The position numbers and the translations under genes are program-made. This document shows positions 36,744-46,654 of a stretch of 64,000 bases of DNA, one piece after another (the first letter of the stretch is position 1; each line of letters starts with the position of its first letter). The stretch covers positions 88,600,001-88,664,000 of the forward strand of contig NW_024704742.1 in assembly GCF_018977255.1 (NCBI RefSeq). The letters run 5' to 3'. Source of the stretch: Callorhinchus milii (Eukaryota). The notes under the pieces are model-generated. The model had not been told where the DNA came from. It saw only the letters and a list, made by a program, of their open reading frames with translations, and did not search any database.

Positions 36744-38024
36744 GTAAGCAGATGACTAGATGAGTTTGGATTATTCAAGTTAAATTTGATTGTTTGAAGG
36801 TCTTTCTAGACATTTAAAAGAAAATAAGGAAATAAAACCTTAATTCCTGGCATAGGTGTCTATGAATTTTTGTTTTAAATGTTGATGTTTTGATTTGAGG
36901 TTATTAGTGAGGTTATTAGGATTCTCAAATCATTTGCAAGAATGAGGTTATCATATTCGATGAATACAGCTCAGTGTGATTAAGGATGCAAACCTTTAGA
37001 GTTTTTTTTGCTAGTCATCTTGTATTTTATTTCTAGAGAGTAATTAACAGATTGGGGAATCACTTTAAGTATATATAGAGCCTGTTTTCTTTGTAAATAT
37101 GAAATAATGCCTAATAAAACAAATCTATGTATAAAACTAAATAAAACAAAAAAAGTAAGCCCTTTAAGACTTGACTTACCATTGGCTGGTCACAAGCGAG
37201 GATGCCCTGACAAACAGCCTGCTGGACTGGAAATGGGCGGGTGCTGAGGAGATAAGCGAGGTGCTGATCGGAGCACTGACCTCCGGGCTTTCCCCTCCCA
37301 ACTTCCCTTAAAAGAGACGTTCTTCCCTAGGAAGGTTTTTGCTTTGCAGGAATTGGACAACAGTCATTTGAAGTATTTTATTAATGTAAATGTAATTTTT
37401 TTAATGGATAAAATAATAACACAAAATTTCCCAAATATTAAAAAAAAGAATTTCAGGGATTCTAAAGCTAGTCGTCGGTATGAGAAGTTAAAGTGTTCTC
37501 ATTGCCTTTGTAGAGTACTAAGCATTTTGGAATTTTTTCCGAAAAGGAATTAGAACACCTTTATCTGTTTGCAGTTACATTTGCCACTACTTACTTTTGA
37601 TAGCAATCTCTATAAATAGCGTGGGTGCACGTATAGAAGAGATGCAATACAACATCTTGCATTTATATAGTATCCCTCCACCAGGTTGGTGTCTTGGAGT
37701 ACCTTCTGGAACATAGCATGTTTGGCACAGAACGCCTCCTGGAGTTTCAGCAACTGATGTAAATGCCAGCAATGCGGTTTGGCGATGTGAGTGCATCCTG
37801 CTAACCCAGATGCACTACTGCGAGCTGTTCTATTCTGTAACCAGTTAACATATGATCTGATTTATAGATCCAAACCATTGTGTTATAACTGAAGTCTGAC
37901 TGTATGATGCTATTTTGACAGAATGCTATATTCCTACTAGTTGCACTGCATTTAGTTATTGCAGAATGTGGCAGTGCTTGGAGATTTTCAGAAATACTGG
38001 ATAGTTTAGGTTAGTCAATTTAAT

Positions 38025-38667
38025 TGAACTCTCTCTTCGCCGACCTTCCCGGCACCTCCCTCCACAAGCTGCAGGTCATTCAGAACTCTGCAGCTCGTGT
38101 ACTGTCCCGCACCAGGCTTCGGGACCACATCACTCCCACCCTCGCTCGCCTCCACTGGATCCCCATCCCCCAGAGGATTGAATTCAAGATCCTCATCCTC
38201 ACCTACAAGGCCATTCATGGCCTTGCTCCCTCCTACCTCTCCGACCTACTATCCCACTACTTACCTGCCCTCTTGGAGTACCTTCTGGAACATAGCATGT
38301 TTGGCACAGAATGCCTCCCGGAGTTTCAACAACTGATGTTCCTCTGGCTCCGGTCTGCTCCACATCCCCCGCCCCAACCGCCCTACCATCGGTGGCCGGG
38401 CCTTCAGCCTCTCAGCCCCTAGGCTCTGGAACTCCATCCCCCAGTGCCTTCGCCGCCTCCTCCCTTTCCTCCTTCAAGGCCAGTCTCAAGACCTTTCTCT
38501 TTGACCGTGCCTTCAGCTCCCCTCTCGACTCTCTGCCCCCTCCTCACTCCCTCCCTTCCCTCCCCTCACCATTTCCCCCCTGCTCGGGTCCTGACCCAAC
38601 TGTCCAGCGCCTTGGGACGTCCTCCCGACGTGAAAGGCGCTCTATAAATGAAATGTTGTTGTTGTTT
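38025..38667 (+). mobile_element. L2-clade LINE 3' fragment
   Basis: LHKLQVIQNSAARVLSRTRLRDHITPTLARLHWIPIPQRIEFKIL; 3' tail GGGACGTCCTCCCGACGTGAAAGGCGCT...GTTGTTG. Confidence 0.92.
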
Positions 38668-38890
38668 TGGGATTATGGGAAGTGGGGAAGAACGGGAGGA
38701 AGTTTAATCGGTGACATAGGTTAATTAGTGTTTTACTTTACAACACTATCCTATCATTGCACTACAATGACCAGCATTATAGTAATTGCCATTCAAAATA
38801 TGTATTCCACGTGTGACTAATATGGCACAGTTTTGAAGTAATTTTATAGGTAAGTTATGACCTTTTGATATGCTTTTACAATATCAATAG

Positions 38891-40870
38891 TGGAGTCCTG
38901 TAGCTTAGTGGTTAGAGCACTTGCCTTGCAAGCGAGAGACCTGGATTCTATTCTCGGCAAGGTAAAATGTTGGGCAAGTTTCCTTACTCCACACGCCTCT
39001 GTTTACCGAGGCAGTAAGTAGGAACCTGGTTGTTTGTCGATTGGCGGATTGCTTTTCCGGGGATAATAATCCCTCAAGAAAAACAATAATGATTTGGTCA
39101 CTCAATCTAGAGAAATTGATAGGATTAAAAACCAATCAATCCCCTGAACCTGATGGTCTGCATCCTAGGGTTTTAAAAGAGGTGACTGCAGAGATAGTGG
39201 ATGCTTTGTTTTTGATCTTCCAAAATTCCCTGCATTCTGAAATGGTTCCCAGTGATTGGAAGGTCACAAACATAACCCAATATTTAAGAAGGGTGTGAGA
39301 CAAAAAATGGGGAACTATAGACCAGTTAGTCTGACATCGGTGGTAGGGAAAATTCTTGAGTCCTTAATTAGGGACGTCATCCTGGGGTACTTAGAAAATC
39401 ATAACATGATTAGGGGCAGTCAACATGGCTTTACGAAAGGGAAATCATGTTTAACCAATCTGATAGAGTTTTTTGAGGATGTGACTATCAGGTTACATAG
39501 GGGGGAACCAGTAGATGTGGTGTATTGGGGTTTCCAGAAGGCATTCAACAAGGTGCCAATTAAGATTAGAGCCCATGGAATTGAAGGTAATATATTAGCA
39601 TGGATTGGAGAATGGCTAACAGAAAGAAAACAAAGAGTAGAGATAAATGGGTCCTTCTCAGATTGGCAGGATGTGACAAGTGGAGTGCCACAAGGCCTCA
39701 ATTATTTACAGTATATCAATGATTTAGATGAGGAAACAGAACTTAACATATTTAAATTCGCAGATGATATGAAGATAGGTGGGAGAGTAAGCTGTGAGGA
39801 TGTCACACAAAGAATGCAAAGGGAAATAGACAGGCAAGATGAGTAGGCAAGAAGGTGGCAGATGGAGTATAACATGTGGAAGTGTGAAATTATTCACCAA
39901 GGTTGTAAAAATAGAAAAGAGGATTATTTTCTAGAGAGGGAGAGACTAGGTAGTGTTAGTGTTCAGAGGGATTTGGGTGTCCTTGTATACCAGTCACAAA
40001 AAGTTAGTATGTAGGTAAAGCAAGCAACTAGGACGGCTAATGCAATGTTGGCGTTCGTTTGCAAAAGGGTTAGAGTACAAGAGTAGAGAAATCTTGATGC
40101 AGTTGTATAAGGCCTTGGTGAGCCGTACCTGGAATATTGTGTGCAGTTTTGGTCTCCTTATTTAAGAAAGGACATACTCGCCTTAGAGCGGGTGCAGCGT
40201 AGATTCACTAGGTTGGTTCCTGGGATGAGCGGCTTGACCTATGAGGATAGGTTGAGTAAACCAGGCCTATATTCTCTAGAATATAGAAGAATTAGAGGTG
40301 ATCTGATAGAAACATATAAGATTCTTAAGGGTCTTGACAGGGTAGATGCCATGAGACTGTTTCCCCTGGTTGGAGAATCTAAAACTAGAGGTCATAGTCT
40401 CAAGGTTAAGGGTCAACCTTTTCGAACTGAATTAAGGAAACATTTCTTCACTTAAGGGTCAGCCTTTTCAAACAGAGTTGAGGAAACTTCTTCACTCAAA
40501 GGGTAGTGAATTTATGGAATTGTCTAACTCAGAAGGCTGTAGATGCTCAGTCCTTGAACATAATCAATACTGAGATGATATTCAAGGCTGAGGGATTAAG
40601 GGATATGGGTCTAAGACGGGCAGATGGAGTTAGGTTAGAAGATCAGCCATGATTTTATTGAATAGCTGGGCAGGCTCGAGGGGCCGAATGGCCTACTCCT
40701 GCTCCTATTTCTTATGGTCAATCCAAGACTGTTTTGGGGACACTGCTGTGCACAATTGGCTGCCGCGTTTCCCCACAAATATACAGTCAATTCACTTTAC
40801 AGTATATTCTGTAAATCACTTAGGGACGTCTAGAAATTGTGAAAAGCGATAAATGCAAGGATTATTATTA
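38891..40870 (+). mobile_element. tRNA-derived SINE split by the CR1 insertion (head 38891-39107, tail 40718-40870)
   Basis: The two halves join to reproduce the intact SINE at 44265-44622; TCAATC duplicated at both junctions. Confidence 0.85.
39108..40717 (+). mobile_element. 5'-truncated CR1-clade LINE (RT domain), inserted in a SINE
   Basis: PEPDGLHPRVLKEV, GNYRPVSLTSVVGKILES, QHGFTKGKSCLTNL, FKFADD, QFWSPYLRKD..ERVQRRFTR; 3' tail TCCTGCTCCTATTTCTTATG. Confidence 0.95.
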
Positions 40871-41041
40871 TCTCATTCAACTTAGACTGTCAACACTTAA
40901 GATTCTTCTTGCATTGTTCACATGTTTAATTTGTGTAACTATTGATTCTCTCTTAAACCTGTGCTTTTAATAGCTTAATATTACAATAGTCTGCTATTAA
41001 AATAAAAAAGTTAACTTTCATTATATTTTTACCCATCCTAG

Positions 41042-41610
41042 ATATTTTGTTTCCTGTACTGGATATTCTTCGTCTAGCTGTGAAACACCCAGCAGTAAAT
41101 GAGCACTTCTGCAGTGAAAACTACAGGACACAGTTCAGCAACTACCTCTTAAACAAAATAAACCTGCAGGGAAAACCAGCAAATCAAATGCTTATTCTCC
41201 GAACTGTCTGCAACTGTTTTGCTAGCGGGTCGCATGGTTCAAAGCTCATGATGTCCTTAAGGGAAACGGTACTTTCTCAAGCAATTGAAATGAGAGGAGC
41301 TAGCAACAAGAACATTCACATTGCACTGGCTACTTTGATACTAAATTATGCAGTAATTCTGCATGCAGGAAATGATATTGAAGGTAAAGCACATTGTTTA
41401 TCTATTATCAGCACTGCCATGGAAGTCCTCCAAGATCCCGAAGCTATTTTCAGAGCTCTTGTGGCCCTTGGGACAATTATAAGCCATGATCCTAGTGCTT
41501 TGCAATTGGCTCAATCTCTGGGAGTTGTTTCACAGATCCGAAAGTATTCTTCCATTTCAGATCCATCTAAAGTTGGTGATTGCTGTAGGTTTGTTCTGAA
41601 TATGCTGTAA
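41042..41610 (+). CDS. PLAA: PLAA exon 14 (PUL domain, stop TAA at 41608-41610)
   Basis: ccatcctag|AT ATT TTG TTT CCT...; [17 protein letters not shown]...[17 protein letters not shown]...[12 protein letters not shown]...[13 protein letters not shown]. The 14 exons sum to 2391 nt (796 aa). Confidence 0.97.
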
Positions 41611-41773
41611 TTACCCACTATTGCAACAAGAGCTTTTCACATGATACAGTTAAATGATATCAGTTTTGATGGCATTGTTCTGTAATATCCTGACATAAGT
41701 ATGGTAAAGCAAAAAAATCTTGGAGTGTTTGATTCTCATAGTGGAACTTGCAGAAAAAACACTAGGATATATA

Positions 41774-41787
41774 AATAAAATAATAAA
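41774..41787 (+). terminator. Candidate PLAA polyadenylation signals (two AATAAA)
   Basis: AATAAA at 41774 and 41782, about 165 nt after the stop, followed by GT/T-rich sequence. Confidence 0.5.
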
Positions 41788-43254
41788 TGTTTTGCACATT
41801 TGTTGATTGTGTTTCAATGTCTTTCTGTTTGGTGATTTCATTGATTAGCTTTTCATTTTTTAAAAAATATCCTCTGCCAATGTTCAGATTTTCCTTTTAC
41901 ACAATGTTGAGTTGAATGATTCCAGAACTACTTTGATCCTTTATATCACATAACTTTACACAAACATAATAGGTTTAAGCTCATAGACCAGTACTTTGCC
42001 AGCAACTGAGAACCTATTGTATGGTGCAGGGGTTTTTAACTGGGATATTTCTACGTGTCATGGGTATGCTAGCAGCTAGACCATTGGTTTTCAAACTGGG
42101 GCGCAACAAGATTATCAGGGACATGTTAGGGTTTCCACCTGCCTGTTTTTTAAGCGGCCTGGCCAGTTGCCAACTTTTTAAGTTGCTGGGATGCATGTGA
42201 GAAAGAGAGTGCCATTTGCAATGGAGAAACAAGATGAAAGCGCAGCGCAGGTCGGGGCTAAGGCGCACGACATGAGGCTGGGAGAGAACCCAGCAACGCA
42301 TGTGCACAGCTTTGTGCGGGGAAGGTTTTCAGGTGAAAGGTTTCTTCCTGTTTGAAATCTCCTTCCCCCCATGTCCCATATTTAGTAATAATTGTAGAGT
42401 AAAAGTAGAAAAAACCTCCTAAATAGAGCCTATTTACTGGTTCTTTCTGCTTTTACTGTATAAATATTGATGTTAATACCTGTTCTAAGTATTGTATTAT
42501 CTCACTGTAAGTGTTTATGGTAGTACCGACAGGAAGAGAGTTGGAGGGGGAGGCAAGTGTTTTTTAATGTAATAAGTATTTATTATTTTTAAATATAAAA
42601 TGCTTTTTATGATAAATGTGTTGTAAAAATGTAGGTCTGGTGTCAGGAAGAAGTAGTCTGTTATTTTAATGTGCATTAAGAATCCCATTTTAAATTAATA
42701 GTTACAATAGATCAAGGAAACATAAAAGGAACCAGAGATATTAGAGAATTACTGATAATATAATAAAATAATAATAAATAATCCTTGCATTTGATATAGC
42801 GCTTTTCACGTCGGGAGGACGTCCCAAAGCGCTTCACAGAACACACTGTAAAGTGAATTGACTGTATATTTGTGGGCGAATATGCTTAACAAATAATATT
42901 AAAATGTACATTTATTTTCTCGAGTTAATTATTTGAGGTCACATAAAAGTTCAGCTTCTCACTTAAGCATATACTAAGATTATAGTTACAGTGTGTGAAA
43001 ATATGGCAGGTTTCAGACTGGGACAGGTGAAAGTGTGCACTACTGGTGGATCGTTCAATAGAATGTTGCTGGAAAGAAACTGACCATTCAACCCAGCTTG
43101 TCAATACTGCATTTCCTGCCCAGTATGAAAAGACTTTCGACCCCAAATATCACGGTTTTAGCCTTAAACTCATCGTCTTAAGATTTTAGAAAATTTAAAA
43201 AAATGTACGATTTGACTAAAACAAATCATTGTAGTTATATTGCACTATTCAAGT

Positions 43255-43765
43255 TCTTGATGCTTAACTCGACTACGGCAACTCCCTGATCGTCGGCCTT
43301 CCCAACTCTTCCCTCCACAAGCTGCAGATCATCCAGAACTCTGCAGCTCCTGTCCTCTCCCGCACCAGGCTCCGTGACCCCATCACCCCCACCCTCACCT
43401 GGCTTCCCATTCCCCAGAGGATAAAGTTAAAAATCCTTGTCCTCACCTTCAAGGTCCTCCAAGACCTTGCCCCTCCCTACCTCTGTGACCTGCTGACCCC
43501 ATATCAATCTGCCCGCTACCTCCTCTCAGCAGGTTATGCCCTGCTCCATCCCACATTCCCTTTGCCTTGCTCCCTCCCTTGTCTCCTTTAAGACACGTCT
43601 CAAGACCCTTCCTCTTCGACCATGCCTTCAATCACCCACCTTTCCCACCCACCCTTCACCCTCCGCGATCCCGACCCCCCAGCTCGGGTCCAAATCCCTC
43701 ACTGTCCAGCGCCTTGGGATGTCCTGATGTGAAAGGTGCTACACAAATGCAATTTGTATTGTATT
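43255..43765 (+). mobile_element. L2 3' fragment
   Basis: ctcgactacggcaactcc...cagatcatccagaactctgcagc...cagcgccttgggatgtcc tail. Confidence 0.85.
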
Positions 43766-44264
43766 ATCACTGCATTTTACAGTATGTCCTATGAAGTGCT
43801 TTGGGAGGTCCACCTGAAACGTGAAATGTGATAAGTCAATGTAAAAATTATTATAATTGTTCTCAATTAATGCAATTTGCAATTAGGGATTAAAATACAG
43901 GTTGAATTCGGAGAAGGATATTTGGCACAAGAGATTAATGCATGATGCTGCATTATTTCTACAGATTTCCTATTTCCAAAATTTTTGGATGTAAATTGTT
44001 TTATCTCTCATCTGCATCAAAAACAATATTCTGTTGCTGCAGGAAACATCCAATTGTTTCTGACAATTTAGTTCAGATTACAGCAGTTCTTGAATCATAA
44101 GGTAAGGTGACCATATTTTGTTATTCAAATCTGAGGATGAATATACAGAAAATTGCCACAATTCCTTATAATGGCAGCACTGGAGAAGCTTGTTGGATTA
44201 ATGGCTGTATTTCTCTGAAGAGTGTATCTGTTTTAGAATTGTTGTTGTTCAGTTTGTTGCTGAA

Positions 44265-44622
44265 CTCAAGTGGTCAGTGGTTAGAGCACTTGCCTTGCAA
44301 GCGAGAGACCTGGGTTCTATTCCCGGCAGGGCAAAATGTTGGGCAAGTTTTCTTACTCCACACACCTTTTTACCTAGCAGAAAGTAGGAACCCGGTTGTA
44401 AGTTGATTGGAGGATCACTTTTCCTGGGATAATAATCCTTCAAAAAAAAATGTATTTGGTCACTCAATCCACAGCAGTTTGTGGGACACTGCTGAGCACA
44501 ATTGATTTCTGTGCTTCGCCCACAAATATAGTCAATTCACTTTGCAGTATATTCTGTGAAACGCTTTGATACGTCCGGAAGTCGTGAAAAGCACAATAAC
44601 AAATGCAAGGCTTACTATTATT
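44265..44622 (+). mobile_element. Full-length tRNA-derived SINE (same family)
   Basis: TCAGTGGTTAGAGC...GGTTCTATTCCC head, conserved body, ATT-rich tail. Confidence 0.85.
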
Positions 44623-44964
44623 GTTGTAGGGCAAATTTGGCCAGGTACACAATATCTCATCCCGGGACTGTCGCTGGGAACCTGGGACGTCTGGTCACTC
44701 TATTGTAAGGTGATAATGGATTTTGCAAATCACATGGCATTAGGTGAAATGAGATGGGAGTTTCTCTTTTTCTCTTCTGCATCTCTGTCAAGTTGGGGGG
44801 TGGGGCAGGGTTTCTTTCCACTTGATTCCTGTTATCTTGGAAGCACGAATGGATAGGTTAGTCAGGGCTAGAGAAGCAGCTGGGAACTTGCTGGGCATTT
44901 TCCACTTTCTCGATGGTATAATAATAATAAACCTCGCATTTGATAGTGCCTTATCATGTCTTTG

Positions 44965-45860
44965 ATACAACTACAACAACTTGGATTTATATAGCGCCTC
45001 CACGCCAGACGGCATCTTGAGCGCTTCAGAGTAACGAATCCCGGGGCCGAGCCAGGGGGAAGGGGAGGGAGGTGACCAAAAGCGCGATCGAAAAGAAAGG
45101 TCTTCAGCAGGGACCTGAAAGTAGGAAGAGAGGGAGTGAGGCGAAGGGAGTGAGGAAGGGAATTCCTGAGCCTCGGGGCATAGTAATAATAATAATAATA
45201 ATAATCTTTGCATTTGATATAGCGCTTTTCACGTCGGGAGGACGTCCCAAAGCGCTTCACAGAATATACTGTAAAGTGAATTGACTGTATATTTGTGGGT
45301 GAACGCGGCAGCCAATTGCGCACAGCAATGTCCCACAAACAGTCATAGATTGAAAATGACCAATTTATTATTATTTTTGGTTTTGGAGGAATTATTATTA
45401 GGCTCTGTGTGGAGTAAGGAAACTTGCCCAAGGTTTCGCCCTGCCTGGAATTGAACTCAGGTCTCTCACTTGCAAAGCGAATGCTCTAACCACTGAGCTA
45501 CAGGACTCCACTGAAGGCACTGCCGCCGAGGGTGGAGCGGAGGACTCGGGGGACGAGGAGGCCAGACCCGGAGTAACAAAGGCAACGGGTACTGTTTTGA
45601 GGAGAGAGGAGGTCAGAGAGGTCAGGAGGTGCAGAGGAGTGGAGGGATTTACAGACAAGGGTGAGGATCTTGAAGTCGATCCTCTCTGGGACAGGCAGCC
45701 AGTGCAGTCTGGCGAGGACTGGGGTGATCGGGGAGCGGAGTTTGGTGCGGGTGAGGATGCGGGCGGCAGAGTTCTGAATGATTTGGATTTTATGGATAGT
45801 AGTGGATGGGAGACCGGGGAGGAGGGCGTTGGGAGTAGTCCAACCGAGAGGTGACAAAGA
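44965..45860 (-). mobile_element. L2 3' fragment split by a full-length SINE (45181-45510)
   Basis: IQIIQNSAARILTRTKLRSPITPVLARLHWLPVPERIDFKIL on one side; the continuation (YAPRLRNSLP...tail) on the other. Confidence 0.85.
45181..45510 (-). mobile_element. Full-length tRNA-derived SINE with L2-type tail
   Basis: Head GTCCTGTAGCTCAGTGGTTAGAGC...TTGCAAG...GAGTTCAATTCC (Pol III A/B boxes, tRNA-Ala-like); tail GGGACGTCCTCCCGACGTGAAAAGCGCTATATCAAATGCAAAG(ATT)n. Confidence 0.9.
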
Positions 45861-46179
45861 TACGGATTGAAGTGCCTCACAGAACAATACTGCAAAGGGA
45901 ATGGATTGTATTTTGTAAGTGAAACACAGCGGTGCCCGGACTGACTGACTGACCGCCCCACCCCACACCCCAACTGGACAGAGACTCAGTGGAGAAACAG
46001 CCTCGGATTGAGTGACCAATTCAGACATTTTTGGAAGGGATTACTATCCCCTGAAAGTGATCCGCCAATCAACGACCAACCGGGTTCCTACTGAGGTAAA
46101 CAGAGGCGAGTGGAGTGGAGTGAGGAAACCCGCCCAAGATTTCGCCCCTTCCAGTAAGATTCCAGCAGTGCTCCACACG

Positions 46180-46640
46180 TCAGGAGCCGAGGGGCTCCTC
46201 GACGTTTGGCTCTCGTCAACCTGCGCCTCATTTGCTCCAGGAACTCGGCTCCCATAGCCCCGCTGGAGGGATATGCCGTTTCCCGGGTGACATCTGCAAT
46301 GGCCGAGAGGTGAGGGGTGTCCGCGGCCTCTGGGCCCCCGCTCAGGCCCGTGGTTCCCCCGTTGCCACAGAAACAATTCCGTCACTTCCGGTGCACGTGA
46401 CTTCAGACTCCGGTCGTCAAGGAAGTGACGTGCGGGCGGTGGTGGAGCCAGCCCCCACCCCGCCAGCTCAGGCCATGGCGGGCAAGAAGTCGGCCAAAGA
46501 CAAGAGGCGTAAGCGGCCTCACAGTCAGGAGAGCCACAGCGACAGGAAGAGGAACAGCTCCGACTCGAGCGCCGCCAACACCACCGCCACCACCGGCAGA
46601 AACATCACCAGCGGCGCCGAGGTCAGAGCAGCGCCGACAA
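46180..46640 (+). promoter_or_regulatory. CAAP1 CpG-island promoter with ETS/CRE, E-box and X-box-like motifs
   Basis: CpG-rich; CGTCACTTCCGG (46380-46391), CACGTG (46394-46399), GGAAGTGACGT (46421-46431), GTTGCCACAGAAAC (46361-46374). Confidence 0.7.
46475..46621 (+). CDS. CAAP1: CAAP1 (caspase activity and apoptosis inhibitor 1) exon 1: MAGKKSAKDKRRKRPHSQESHSDRKRNSSDSS...SGAE
   Basis: gccATGG Kozak in a CpG island; N-terminus resembles recalled human MTGKKSSREKRRKRSSQE. Putative donor GAG|gtcaga (phase 0, weak) fits exon 2. Confidence 0.8.
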
Positions 46641-46654
46641 CACCACATTACCCC

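Noticed and set aside
38891..38965. tRNA-Ala-like sequence (also about 44275 and 45435-45508)
   Set aside because: No proper acceptor stem, and each copy continues into the SINE body; these are SINE heads, not tRNA genes.
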